This document shows, piece after piece, positions 1 through 11,302 of a DNA stretch of 64,000 nucleotides. This DNA is from Candidatus Cloacimonadales bacterium. Lineage in GTDB: Bacteria > Cloacimonadota > Cloacimonadia > Cloacimonadales > DAONDQ01. The notes under the pieces are model-generated. The model did not search any database and was not told where the DNA came from. It was given only the letters and a program-made list of their open reading frames with translations. Positions within the stretch are counted from its first letter, which is position 1; the number at the start of each line of letters is the position of its first letter. The position numbers were made by a program, and so were the translations under genes. The DNA lies in the NCBI GenBank assembly GCA_963662275.1, contig OY759316.1, positions 2,432,001 through 2,496,000 on the forward strand. Reading direction: 5' to 3'.

Positions 1-260
1 CTCTTTTTTAAGGATATTCGTAAATCTCGTCATCGAAATATAGTGGTCTGCGAGAATTCTTCCGTTATATATCAAGCTGAAGCTTGTATTGGGAGTGGGC
101 GCATTCTGTGCTTCAATAGGTGTCTTGAGTTCTGTTGTATTGATTGTAAGACCCTTAGTATGAACAAAAACATCCATCTTTCGAGTCGCTGCATCCCTTA
201 AAAAGCGACCTACCCACCTCTTCCTAAGAGGCGTTGCGTTTCTATTCCCTATTACCTAAT

Positions 261-307
261 CCGGTGCATCTCGATACATCAGCTAAAGCAGACACTCGAT
301 GAACCGG
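261..307 (+). repeat. Dispersed structured repeat (CTCGATACA-inner hairpin-CACTCRATGAAC family), copy A
   Basis: Related copies at 31296-31332 (-), 31366-31413, 52445-52515 and 57320-57366 (-). Confidence 0.7.
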
Positions 308-333
308 TATCACCCGTTACCTGTCACCTGTTT

Positions 334-2358
334 TTACATCTCCAGATATTTAAACACAAATGACCAGACATCAGCAGTTAATTCCAATCTTTTAGTCATA
401 CTGCTTCCACCATGTGCAGATTCAATTTGTGTATAAAGAAGGAGAGGTAAATCCTGGTTTGCATGTTCCTGCAGAGTAGCAGCAAATTTGAAAGAATGTC
501 CAGGAATCACACGATCATCATGATCGGCAGTAACAACCATAGTAGCAGGATATTTCACATCATCCCTAACATTATGAAGAGGTGAGTATTTGAGAAGATT
601 GTGGAAATGTGCTTCTTCATCTGGATTTCCATATTCAACCATCCAACCCCAACCGCAGGTAAATTTGTGATATCTGAGCATATCCAGGACTCCCATCATG
701 GGGAATGCTACTTTGAATAATTCGGGTCTCTGGAGCATACAGGCACCTACTAATAGACCTCCATTGGATCCGCCGGAAATGGCTATTTTATTTGGATTCG
801 TGTAGCCTTCACTGATCAGATATTCTGCTGCACTAATAAAATCATCAAAAACATTTTACTTTTTAAACAGCATTCCCTGTTCATGCCAGGTTTCACCGTA
901 TTCTCCCCCACCCCGAAGATTGGCAACCACATAAATACCACCTTTCTCTAAATATAGGATGCGATCTTCACTAAAATAGGGCAACATAGATACATTAAAT
1001 CCGCCATATCCATATAAATAAACCGGATTATTCTTATTCTTTTCCATCCCCCGTTTATAGATAAGGGTCATAGGAATATGAGTACCATCCTTTGAAGGAA
1101 AATAGATCTGTTCTGAAACAATGTCCTTCACATCAGCTTTTATTGGATAGGTATAATAAAAATCGAGTTTGTTATTTGGAATATCGTAGTGATACATTTC
1201 ATCAGGACGAATATAGGAAGAGAAATACATAAATCCTTCCCTATCTTCCTTTTTTGCATAAACAATTTGAGCAGTCCCCTGGTAGGGCATTTTGATTTCA
1301 TTCAGGAACTTGCCGTTTAAATCCAGCACTTCAATATGTGATTGTACATCCTTTATGAAAAAAGCAATGATCTTTTCACCTACAATTTCTACTGTATCCA
1401 ATAAGTAATCTCTCTCAGGAATAACTTCAATCCAGTTATGTTCCTCCGGATTGGTTAAATTGACCATGAAAAGTTTATAATTCTTCGCATTCTTGTTTGT
1501 GAAGAGGTAAAAGTTGTCTTTTTCATAAGCATCTATGATACCGGCATTATATTCAAAACCTTCAAATATGCATTGAATTTCTGAATTATCGTCTTCCAGG
1601 TTCTTATAACTTAAACTGTTTCCCTGGGTTCCTTCTGATGTATGAATAATCAGATACTTTTCATCATCAGAAACATGAGCGAAATTGTATCTTAATGGAT
1701 GTTCGAGATCTTCGAAGATAAGAGTATCATTTTCTTTTACATCCCCTAATTTATGATAATAGATTTTCTGATTCTTATTCTGCTTCTGGTAGTCTTCATC
1801 TTCATCATAACGACTATAAAAATACCCGCTTTTATACCAGGCTGCACCAGTTTGACGAATATTGAGAAGCTTGTCTTCATGGAATGTTTTTGTTTCAGTT
1901 TCCATAATCCAAAACTCACCGGCATCTGCACCAGCCTTGGATATCATATAGACAAAATACTGATTATCTTTGGAACGTCCAACGACTTGAGCTGTTGTTG
2001 TGCCATCATCTGATAAAGTATTGGGATCAAAAAACAACTCAGCTTCACTGTCCAGCGTTCTTTTACGATAAGTCACATATTGGTTCTGCAAACCATCGTT
2101 CTTGGCAAAATAATACCAGTTTCCTCTTTTCAAAGGACAGCCTTGTCTTTCATAATCATAGAGTTCTTTAAATCTGTTCAAAATACTCTTTCTATCTGGA
2201 TACTCATTCAGCATTGATTCCGTTAAGGCTTGCTGTTCCAGTACCCAAGCTTGTGTTTCTTCTGAATGATCATCTTCCAGCCAACGATAGGGATCGCTTA
2301 TTTTAACACCAAAGATTTCTTCTGTGATTGATTCTTTTCTGGTGGATGGGTATTGCAT
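334..2358 (-). pseudogene. Prolyl oligopeptidase (S9A), 674 codons, interrupted by one in-frame TAA at 856-858
   Basis: ORFs 856-2358 and 334-738 are in the same frame. Reading through gives ...GMLFKK*NVFDDFISAAEYL...ISGGSNGG...DHDDRV...AHG (family consensus KQNVFDDF). N-terminal DPYRWLE motif; GGAG RBS. Confidence 0.9.
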
Positions 2359-2517
2359 GTTTTCTCCTCAATATTCAATGTACAAATTTCTGAATTAGTT
2401 ACGGTATCTAGTGAGACATTGTCAAGCAGCTTTATCATTTTTTAATGGATACACTCCTTTTCCAGAAAAATCTTCCCTGTAAATTATCAGATTTATTGGA
2501 ATTGGGAGATAACTCGC

Positions 2518-2548
2518 AAAAAAAGAGGGATAGATTAATCTATCCCTC
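2518..2548 (-). terminator. Intrinsic terminator of the 2611-4725 gene
   Basis: Perfect 24-bp palindrome GAGGGATAGATTAATCTATCCCTC (2525-2548) followed by a T-run on the minus strand. Confidence 0.8.
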
Positions 2549-2610
2549 GTAAACTGAAGTTATTTACAAATGATCATTTTGTGGTCAAAACTAGCATAAT
2601 ATCAGGATTA

Positions 2611-4725
2611 CTATTTTACTAAGACGATCTTCTTTGTAGAATCGAACTTACCAGCAATCATGCGATAGAAATATACTCCACTTCCAACCGGGTTTCCATT
2701 TTCATCAGAACCATTCCATACTAAATGATGGTGTCCTGCATACAAGTCTTGAGAAGTTAAGGTCATTATTTTCTGACCTTTTACATTATAAATCGTAATA
2801 TTCACAAAACTTTCTGTCTGGAGATCAAACGAGATATTTGTTTCCGGATTGAATGGATTCGGATAAGCATTATTCAATTGGATAGCTTCTACGGGAATAA
2901 CGGGAAGAGTACCCGGATCACCCTGTTCAAGAACATTCACTAACACTGGACCTCTAAATGTACTGGTTCCATTGTAATCTACATTTTCCAACCAGTAATA
3001 GTATGTTCTAGAAGCTTCTATATTGTTATCATCATTAAAATTATACGTGTGATTTGAAGATGTATTCGTTCCCTGGATAAGATGAGCATTTTGGTTGATG
3101 GCAGTAGCTAAACTCTCATTGTTTGAGCGTAGTATATTAAATCCAAGATTATTTGTCTCAGATTCCGTTACCCATTGTAAGTTTACTAATAATTGTGTGG
3201 TTGACGATGTAGCTGTGAAGGATGATAATTCGACCGGAAGATCGTAATCGGAACTCAGAATTAATTCAAAGGTCGCTTCGCCATTTGTCTCGAATCCTGG
3301 GATAGTTCTAATGGTTAATATTCCATTTGAATAGGAGGAACCTGTAAAAGGAGCCATTCCTAATGTGTAATTGTTTGATGATTGTCCGGTAGAACCCCCA
3401 TTGAAAGCATAGCCTTGAGTAGGAACATAACCTGTATCCGGATGATTGACGGGATAAAAACCATTGTTGCTTCCCCCCCAATGAATTGCTACATACTTAT
3501 AATTCAAGCTTGGATCATATGCAAAACTAATGGTTCCACCATTTAATATACTGCTGTCACTTACCCATGCCTGATAGACTGTAACAACATTTTGATAACC
3601 ATGATAAGTAAAAACACTTCCAGTTGAAGGTGTGTATTCAGTGAAAACAATAACACCTCCATTTGAAACAGGTCCGGCGATTCCTGTAACAGCCACACTT
3701 CCAGTATTCGGAACAGAGATTGGACAACTAGCAGAATTGTCCATAATGAGAGTACTTCTGGCAGGACCACCACCCTCAGTGTAAACAGGATTTGTGTAAT
3801 CGAATTCGTACGTACCTGATTCTGATATAATCATAGTCGAAGGTGTGACTTGAGTTTCAATATCCATGACTCCAAAAACATAGGAACCACAGGGTAAAGT
3901 AAATACGTGCTCAGTTGTGAAACCTGTATTAACTCCATCAATGTATATTTGCACTCCTGGAACATTAGATTTAACTAGTACTTCGATCATTGGAACAATA
4001 ACTTCACCGCTAACAACTTTGCTAGTTGGAGCAACTGATGTACTGGTAAAGGAGATATTACCGTCAAATATGCCTTGGGTCTCACCTGTTAAACGGACAA
4101 ATACATCACCATTGAAAGTTGGAGGAAGAGAGAGTGAAGATGTCCATGTACCTTCGCTGCTTGTAGAATATTCATATCCATTTACAGCAGCGATATTGAT
4201 ATTCGAAATTAGATGTGATCCAGACACAACAACAGATTGGGGCGCTGAGGGTGTTCCAATATCGGTGGAAAAAGGACTGAATGATCCTGTTACGTTTAGG
4301 ACAGGTGTATTTACTGTACCGATAACTGCCCTATCAACTTCAGTTGCGTACATACTTGTAAATGCAACATTACCGTTATATGAACCTGCTGTTTCACCTG
4401 TCAGACGTACATACACTCTACCATTATAGGTTGTAGGAAGAGACAATGAAGAAGTCCACTGACCACCACCGGTTGTTGAATATTCAAACCCAGCAACAGC
4501 TCCAACATGGATACCTTCATACATATACGATCCTGAAACCTCGACAGATTGAACAGCAGAAGGTGTACCGACAATAGTTGAAAATGGGGTAAACGAACCG
4601 TTTACATTGATTACTGGTAAACGGACCATGTCACTGATTTGGGGTACAGCATCGATTGGATTAGAAGCTGATACTGTAACTGCCAATGAGAGATATAGTA
4701 TTACAAAAAAAACAAATCTTTTCAT
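2611..4725 (-). CDS. Secreted protein: two ~103-aa Ig-like repeats, PEGA-like segment, LPVEL Ig module and FlgD-Ig/Por-type C-terminal sorting domain
   Basis: Signal peptide; duplicated NVxGSFxPFSTxxGTPSAxQSV repeat; DLPVELSSF; YPNPFNPETNI...YNVKGQ...SGVYFYR tail. Confidence 0.85.
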   Translation of the reverse strand: MKRFVFFVILYLSLAVTVSASNPIDAVPQISDMVRLPVINVNGSFTPFSTIVGTPSAVQSVEVSGSYMYEGIHVGAVAGFEYSTTGGGQWTSSLSLPTTYNGRVYVRLTGETAGSYNGNVAFTSMYATEVDRAVIGTVNTPVLNVTGSFSPFSTDIGTPSAPQSVVVSGSHLISNINIAAVNGYEYSTSSEGTWTSSLSLPPTFNGDVFVRLTGETQGIFDGNISFTSTSVAPTSKVVSGEVIVPMIEVLVKSNVPGVQIYIDGVNTGFTTEHVFTLPCGSYVFGVMDIETQVTPSTMIISESGTYEFDYTNPVYTEGGGPARSTLIMDNSASCPISVPNTGSVAVTGIAGPVSNGGVIVFTEYTPSTGSVFTYHGYQNVVTVYQAWVSDSSILNGGTISFAYDPSLNYKYVAIHWGGSNNGFYPVNHPDTGYVPTQGYAFNGGSTGQSSNNYTLGMAPFTGSSYSNGILTIRTIPGFETNGEATFELILSSDYDLPVELSSFTATSSTTQLLVNLQWVTESETNNLGFNILRSNNESLATAINQNAHLIQGTNTSSNHTYNFNDDNNIEASRTYYYWLENVDYNGTSTFRGPVLVNVLEQGDPGTLPVIPVEAIQLNNAYPNPFNPETNISFDLQTESFVNITIYNVKGQKIMTLTSQDLYAGHHHLVWNGSDENGNPVGSGVYFYRMIAGKFDSTKKIVLVK

Positions 4726-4830
4726 TATAACTCCATATTATTTATTAGTTTTGGTGTCGTTAATTTTATAGTTTCGTACACAATATATATACTACGACAC
4801 GCAGTGTCTAAAACTATATTACTACATTTA

Positions 4831-4836
4831 TGTCAA
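4831..4836 (-). promoter_or_regulatory. sigma70-type -35 box (TTGACA) upstream of the 2611-4725 gene
   Basis: Perfect TTGACA on the minus strand about 105 nt before the start codon; -10 box not clearly canonical. Confidence 0.55.
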
Positions 4837-4870
4837 TATATTTAATGTTAATCTAATTCATGTAATAAAG

Positions 4871-6731
4871 GAGACTGTTCAAAATTAACCTCCATTTTAC
4901 GCAGCCTTATTGGTAGTGACAGAGAAAAAGTGGTCTAAGTGCGACCAATCCACATTTTCTTGACATATGCGGGAGATATTTAAACTTGCTAAAAGTGATT
5001 CCTGACGCATGATTGGTTGACCTTTATCGACCAGTTCTTTGAACCAAAGCGAAAACACAAGGTTGCGGGTGGTTTCTTCAGATTTTAGTCCAAATCTACC
5101 GGATGTCACCTTCTTGATTTTGCGGTTCCAGCGTTCAGAGACATTGGAAGTCAAACCTTTGCTGAGGTGTCTCCAATCACTAATGATATTGCTTTTGATG
5201 TATTCGGCGGCGGTTGGGGGAGTAATAGCTGTCAGGCTTGCGATACCCTTTTTCCTTCCGCCCGCCGTTTCTCTTCGGAAAGCTTTCATAATCCTCTTCT
5301 TAAAGAACTTGTCCCTGTCTTCAGGGAGATGACATTGACTGATTCTTTTGAAGAGATTTCGTATCTTATGGAACTTACAGAGTTGGTAATGGACTTTTGG
5401 AAACACTGTTTTTCTTGCAACTGCTAACGATTTACTGCCATCACTGACAATCAGGGTTGGATCTTTCCTGTAGAGCTGTCTGAAGGTTCTGAAACATGCT
5501 TCGAATGATTCTTTCTTTGTGTCAGGATACAACTCACAAAACAGAGGGATGTGAGTCACAAAATCAACAATACTGATGACATAGTACGGAATACCTTTGA
5601 TCTTCACATATTTCTCATCAATGCTGATCTTTCCGCTCCACTTACCGATTGAGTTCAGAATCAGGCTCTGCAGGTCAGCGATTTCATGCCAGAGATTTGA
5701 GACTGTAGCTTTACAGGTGTTGAGCAGCAAAGCTATCGTCTCGAAGTTCATACCGCTTCCAACCAGGTAATGTACCAGCAGACACAGGTTCTTGCGTTCC
5801 AGACTATGGAACGGCTTTGCATCGGCGGTTCTATGGGATGTATTGCCTTTAGCAGTCTTCATTTGTTCCAGGAGTCTGTCACAGATAACAGGTGTATTCT
5901 GCTGACCGGCAAGCAGTTTCAGCAGATGTACAGCATCACCGCCTACTGTCTTTTTCAGAAGAAGCTTCTGAGCTTGCTTAACTACAGACAGAGAATTGAC
6001 CTGAGAAGCATATTTGCAGAAAGTGGTATAGGACATTTTAAAATCATGATGGCTGATGAACTCCTGATACATGACATTTAAAGGTAAAAGCAGGTTATTG
6101 ATAACAAAATTCTCGATCTGAGGAATACACTCCAGCAGGTCAACTTTCCGGCTTAAATATGCCAGGATATCATGACCATGCTGCTCAAACTCTTGCCAGA
6201 AATTATGTACATTCCTGCGGTCTGCGTAGTTAAACAGATCAGCTATTTGCTGAAGTGTAAGGAGGTTGTCTCCGCCTATTCCTACTAATAAGCGTAGAAA
6301 CGCTATTAAGAACTTGTGGTTTGATGTTGTCTCAGGCAAAGTGAATGAAAATGGTACGTTAATACTTACATGGTATTGGTTACTTTCATGACTAACACTT
6401 ACCGCTTCTTGAATTGGAGTGTTTTTTTGTCATAATATCCTCCCTTTTGTTACCAGGTAACAAATGCCATTGAAGCTATAGCAAAAAACTTGTAAAGAAC
6501 TATTTTATATGATTTTAACTACACATTTAGTCAGAAACGGCTTCGAAACATTACTTATAATCGCGTGTTTTTCAATTTTAGTCAAAAAGCTTAACTTGTG
6601 ATTTGGTGTCCTTAGCAGAGCTTATCTGTCAATTCTGGAAGGTATGTTAAATTATGACCGTTTCGACCACTTTTTTCAACTTGCTACTTTCTAACTTATT
6701 GAATATTATGAATAACTTCATGAACAGTCTC
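4871..6731 (-). mobile_element. Insertion sequence copy 1 (1861 bp), DDE/Mutator-like (IS256/ISH6/IS6-related)
   Basis: Terminal IR GAGACTGTTCA at both ends; 8-bp target duplication TAATAAAG (4863-4870 and 6732-6739); near-identical copy at 24337-26197. Confidence 0.95.
4897..6339 (-). CDS. DDE transposase (true start possibly ATG 6433 via +1 shift)
   Basis: SIDEKY, IVSDG and NVSERWN DDE motifs; CKFH C(2)H motif; two HTH-like segments. Confidence 0.9.
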   Translation of the reverse strand: MPETTSNHKFLIAFLRLLVGIGGDNLLTLQQIADLFNYADRRNVHNFWQEFEQHGHDILAYLSRKVDLLECIPQIENFVINNLLLPLNVMYQEFISHHDFKMSYTTFCKYASQVNSLSVVKQAQKLLLKKTVGGDAVHLLKLLAGQQNTPVICDRLLEQMKTAKGNTSHRTADAKPFHSLERKNLCLLVHYLVGSGMNFETIALLLNTCKATVSNLWHEIADLQSLILNSIGKWSGKISIDEKYVKIKGIPYYVISIVDFVTHIPLFCELYPDTKKESFEACFRTFRQLYRKDPTLIVSDGSKSLAVARKTVFPKVHYQLCKFHKIRNLFKRISQCHLPEDRDKFFKKRIMKAFRRETAGGRKKGIASLTAITPPTAAEYIKSNIISDWRHLSKGLTSNVSERWNRKIKKVTSGRFGLKSEETTRNLVFSLWFKELVDKGQPIMRQESLLASLNISRICQENVDWSHLDHFFSVTTNKAA

Positions 6732-6977
6732 TAATAAAGTATGAGTATATTATATCAGCGCATTCAGTCGAACAACGGGGTCAATCCTGACACTCTGTGG
6801 AAATTACATGAAAGCTAAGTATCTGGAGTTCATTTGCCCTAGATAAATTTCTATGAAAAAGTAGCCAAAAGGGCAAGTGGACTTCATGATACGACCTTTC
6901 ATCCTCGGTAGCGAAAATCCTTTTCAGGGAAGTTCAAACCGTCAAACAAATAGCACATTAACGGCTCTTAATAGATT

Positions 6978-7018
6978 ACCGAGACATGACCGAGACATGA
7001 CCGAGACATGACCGAGAC
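6978..7018. repeat. 11-bp tandem repeat ACCGAGACATG x3.7
   Basis: Units at 6978, 6989, 7000 and a partial unit at 7011. Confidence 0.9.
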
Positions 7019-7136
7019 TTCTTTCGATAATGGCTTCGTTATGGTTCGTTCATTATTCCCTTCAATTTCCCTGATTTTTCAAGAGCCACTTTGGTGGATT
7101 AAGCGGTGAATTTATGAGTTCTATAAGCTACAATCA

Positions 7137-7580
7137 CTACGATACCCTGGTAAACACCGTAGTCTTCCCTAATAGTTTCACACCGAAATATATACGCAGT
7201 TCCAGTTCATTATGGTTCAGGAGTGTTGCTGAACATCGGTAGGTCTGTCCATTTGTTGGATAATACAGAATGCCGTTTTCGAACTTATTATCGCCTTGAA
7301 AAGTAAGCCCTGAAAGAGCTACAACATTGACCCGAGTACGATTACGAAACTTGGGATTAGGATGGTAGTTATCCAGCAAAGGCTTTCCTTCAGGATTCGT
7401 ATTATTCTTCAGCCAGATGATTTTTCCATAATAGATACTTCCCACACGGTAAACCTGAACTTTCGCATCTTTCGCATCCGTGAGCCAAACACCATTGATC
7501 TGATCAGGCACATATGTGTTACTTTCAATCGCAAAACACAATTGAGACAAAATAAATATTAGAATGAGCATAAACCTCAT
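7137..7580 (-). CDS. DUF2147-family exported protein
   Basis: Signal peptide; GVWLT...YYGKIIW...GILYYP.NG.TY...LELRIYFGVKLLGKT pattern. Confidence 0.8.
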   Translation of the reverse strand: MRFMLILIFILSQLCFAIESNTYVPDQINGVWLTDAKDAKVQVYRVGSIYYGKIIWLKNNTNPEGKPLLDNYHPNPKFRNRTRVNVVALSGLTFQGDNKFENGILYYPTNGQTYRCSATLLNHNELELRIYFGVKLLGKTTVFTRVS

Positions 7581-7973
7581 ACATTCTCCATATTATTTAT
7601 ATTCTAGTATTTCTATTATATTTATTAGCAAGCAAATTTCATAAATGGACAACTTCCAAAAACAGATAACATGGTCAAGTAGTAATCATTGTAATTATCA
7701 ATCTGCCTAACATATGGTACTTAACTCTCGAATTCGAATTAGATAATTACAGGCAAAAACTGATTTGTTTGAAAATAATATGCTAGATTCCTTTAACATA
7801 ATCTATAATAATAGCTGTTTACTCTTAGTTGTTGTTCTGACAGGAAAACGAATTAATATATATCATATGGGATTGAGAAAGCGCATATCAAGATCAATTC
7901 TCATGAACGCATTTGTATAAATTATATGTGATGTATCGTAGAAGATAGAATAATAGAAATTAGGAGTTAGAAA

Positions 7974-8627
7974 ATGAAACCATCTTTTGTAAAAATGATA
8001 AAAAGTAATTCGGGACTATGGCTTTTTGTATCCTTAACAATCCTGTTGTTGAGTATTCCCCTTTATGCAGTCCAGAATACTACTTTACAGAATAGTATAT
8101 CCGTGAATAATCTCCAGGCTGCCTATGCCAAAGAATTAAATGCACATACTTCATATCTTTTATATGCTCAAAAAGCTGATTCTGAAGGCTACGGAAAGCT
8201 GGCAGAACTCTTTCGTGTTCTGGCAAAATCAGAAAAAGTTCATGTAGAAAGATATGCCGGTATTTTGATTGATCTTGATATTACTCCAGTTGCAAATGAT
8301 TCTGTAGTTGTTGTCCTGACGACCAAAGAAAATCTGCGACAGGCAATTGAGGAAGAAAATTATGAAAACACTGTTCTTTATCCCAGTTTTGCACAGCAAG
8401 CAAGAAAAGACAAAATAAAATTTGCAAAAGCGGCATTTAGAGCTACCGGTGATGTTGAAGGTGTTCACGCTGTGCTTCTCAAACAAGCACAGAATAACAC
8501 AAAAAAATGGAAGAATCAAAATGTAACGTATTATGTCTGCCAAGTCTGTGGAGATGTATCCAAGTACAGACCAATGTTGTGTTCCGTCTGTTTATCCGCG
8601 GCAAAGAATATCAAGAAAGTGGACTGA
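7974..8627 (+). CDS. Rubrerythrin-family protein with N-terminal hydrophobic signal-like segment
   Basis: Di-iron ligands (E...EKVH, E..YE...EGVH) and C-terminal CxxC...CxxC rubredoxin-like domain; AGGAG RBS. Confidence 0.85.
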   Translation: MKPSFVKMIKSNSGLWLFVSLTILLLSIPLYAVQNTTLQNSISVNNLQAAYAKELNAHTSYLLYAQKADSEGYGKLAELFRVLAKSEKVHVERYAGILIDLDITPVANDSVVVVLTTKENLRQAIEEENYENTVLYPSFAQQARKDKIKFAKAAFRATGDVEGVHAVLLKQAQNNTKKWKNQNVTYYVCQVCGDVSKYRPMLCSVCLSAAKNIKKVD

Positions 8628-9012
8628 TTCCAAGCGTATAATGAGCATTAATTCTTTTTATTAATACCTGTTTTTCTTAATATTATTTGCAACGCCTATT
8701 ATCAAGTAATAAAAAAATATCTTGACTTGATTTGTAATAGAATTTAGAAATGATTTATAAAAATAATTAACGCTGAAAGAGGTAATACTAAGTAATCTTG
8801 CTCCCCCACAACATACAATTTATTCACGCTATTTTTAATTGAAATTCATAGTCCATCCATGTTTGATTTATAGGAGGAATACTGTTCCTGTTGGGTTATT
8901 GCCAGATTACTTCTCCAGGACAAAGAGATAATTACGTGCAAGATTTTTTCCAATTCACAGCGAATGTTTGCTGTTGGATTAGCACTATAACAAGATGCGA
9001 TGAGGAGAAAAA

Positions 9013-11217
9013 ATGCGAAACACGACGTTACTAATATGCCTATTCTTAGCCCTATTCCCCATATTTTGCCAAGCCATTTATCATGAAGATTGTCTGATAC
9101 CGGATTTCACAAATGAGACAATTAATCGGGATAATCTACTATATTTCAGTGGCGGTATATTATTCAGGGACTTCAGAATCTACGATATGACAGATTTGAG
9201 CAATCCCGTTATGCTCTCTACGACAAATATCCCTTGTTTAAACGGTACTACATGGCGGATGGCATTGCAGGATAATATTATTTATACAACTTGTAATTCA
9301 GATAGTCTATATTTGACAATCCTGGATGTAGCGAATCCTATGCAACCACAGATTTTGAGCAGAAGATGTTTTAGTATGGATCCTTACAATCTGATTGTGC
9401 AAGGTCATATTGTATATCTGACAAGCCATGATAATTATCTACATATCATTGATGTCTCTGATCTACAAAATCCAATTCAAATTAACTCAATTGCTTTAGG
9501 AGACTCCACGCAACATATTGGTGAAATGAAACTCAAGGATCATTCTCTCTACATAGCGATGAACACCATTTTAAAGATATACGATATCACAAATGCAGAG
9601 CAACCCGCATTTATTGGTGAATATCCAACAACTCCGTATAAGTATCATTTAACAATTGGAGACAGTAAGGCTTATCTGTCTGGATCATCATCAGATTCAA
9701 CCGGTATCGAAATAATAGATGTAAGTAATTCAGAGAATATTCATCAAATTGGGACGATACAGAATGTTTCGGGAGAAATATTTTATTCTGATAATCATTT
9801 GTACACATGTCATGATACCAGAGTCTCAAATTTCGATGTCTCTGACCCAAACAACCCAATTCTGCTTGGTTTCTATGAAAATCCCTTGGGATTGGGAATC
9901 AGCGATGTACGAAATGGATATGTGTATGCGCAAAGCTTGTATAATTTCCTACGTATCAATATGAATGATCCTTCAAATCAAGTACTAATGGGTAAGTATG
10001 AATCGCCCATTGATCCTGCCAGCGTACAAATACAAGGAAATAAGGCAATTTTTAGATTACATTCACAATATGACAATATTGTTGGAACAGAATATTCCCT
10101 GCAGATACTGGATATTACCCAAACCAATCAGATTCAACATACTAGCACAATTTCAAGTACAAATTATATCACACCTATCAAAATTATAGGTCAATATGCT
10201 TACGTCATCAATTACAGTAATTCAGCGCTACTTATATATAATATCTCTGATCCTCATGAACCATTATTGGTACACTCCATGGGGATACTTCTTGAAGGAG
10301 CTGCTATTAGAAGAATGGAAGTAGTGGAAAATAGAGCTTACTTACTAAGTATGCATACTCTTTATGTTTTGGACATAGCGGATGTAAGTAATCCCAGCAT
10401 CCTTGGTCAGCTTCCTCAATATGATTATAATATGGTTGACCTGAGAATGAGCGATAATATAGCCTATGTCGCCACCGATGACGGAGGCATTAATCTGTAT
10501 GACATCTCCAATCCAACTTCAATAAGCGCTTTGGGAAGGTTTACTAATCCTGTCGAAAATAGCGCATTGCGTTTTTTCGAGATGTCCGGAGAAATTGCCT
10601 ATCTAGCTGCCAAAAATAATGGAGTTCAGGTTGTGAACCTGCAAGACCCAGCAAATCCAGTGCTGGTTCAAACAATCAAACCCACAACCGACATATGTGT
10701 TACACCAATTGCCATATATAATCATTATCTGTTTTTTGGTGATGATTACCGGAATATTATCTATTCCTATGATATTAGCAACCCGTTGCAGCCCGTTTTT
10801 CATCATAGTTTGATATGGAATCAAATGACTGATGTCTTAAGTTCGAATAACAATAGAATCTACTCGATCAGCAGCACAAGTATCAATGATTTATCCTTGT
10901 CAGAAGGATTCTCACCCATTCAAGATCAGACGATTCCCACAGAGTCAATGAGTTTGAGTAATTACCCGAACCCCTTTAACCCAGAAACGAAACTTTCATT
11001 TACATTGGCAAAACAGACTTTTGTCAAATTAGAGGTATATAATGTACGAGGACAAAAAATAAAAGCACTAGCTTCTGAATCTATGTCTGCCGGTAAACAT
11101 CAGATTTCCTGGGATGGAAAAGACGATTTTGGGAAACCTGTAGCTTCAGGTATGTACTTCTCCCGCCTGGAGACACCAAGTCAAAAGGTAACCCGGAAGA
11201 TGTTGCTGCTCAAATAA
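9013..11217 (+). CDS. Secreted LVIVD-repeat beta-propeller protein with FlgD-Ig/Por-type C-terminal domain
   Basis: Signal peptide; repeated L.I.D(V/I)S(N/D)P..P motifs; NYPNPFNPET tail; GAGGAG RBS. Confidence 0.85.
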   Translation: MRNTTLLICLFLALFPIFCQAIYHEDCLIPDFTNETINRDNLLYFSGGILFRDFRIYDMTDLSNPVMLSTTNIPCLNGTTWRMALQDNIIYTTCNSDSLYLTILDVANPMQPQILSRRCFSMDPYNLIVQGHIVYLTSHDNYLHIIDVSDLQNPIQINSIALGDSTQHIGEMKLKDHSLYIAMNTILKIYDITNAEQPAFIGEYPTTPYKYHLTIGDSKAYLSGSSSDSTGIEIIDVSNSENIHQIGTIQNVSGEIFYSDNHLYTCHDTRVSNFDVSDPNNPILLGFYENPLGLGISDVRNGYVYAQSLYNFLRINMNDPSNQVLMGKYESPIDPASVQIQGNKAIFRLHSQYDNIVGTEYSLQILDITQTNQIQHTSTISSTNYITPIKIIGQYAYVINYSNSALLIYNISDPHEPLLVHSMGILLEGAAIRRMEVVENRAYLLSMHTLYVLDIADVSNPSILGQLPQYDYNMVDLRMSDNIAYVATDDGGINLYDISNPTSISALGRFTNPVENSALRFFEMSGEIAYLAAKNNGVQVVNLQDPANPVLVQTIKPTTDICVTPIAIYNHYLFFGDDYRNIIYSYDISNPLQPVFHHSLIWNQMTDVLSSNNNRIYSISSTSINDLSLSEGFSPIQDQTIPTESMSLSNYPNPFNPETKLSFTLAKQTFVKLEVYNVRGQKIKALASESMSAGKHQISWDGKDDFGKPVASGMYFSRLETPSQKVTRKMLLLK

Positions 11218-11302
11218 CCTAGCATTGACTGGCAGTGGCAATCCCTAACATAAGTAGAATTCGACAATACCATTGTCTCATACTACAGTTTACCAAACTA
11301 TG

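Noticed and set aside
1..177. Minus-strand frame open from ATG 177 to the window edge (59 codons)
   Set aside because: No convincing RBS or recognisable motif; cannot be supported without the adjacent sequence.
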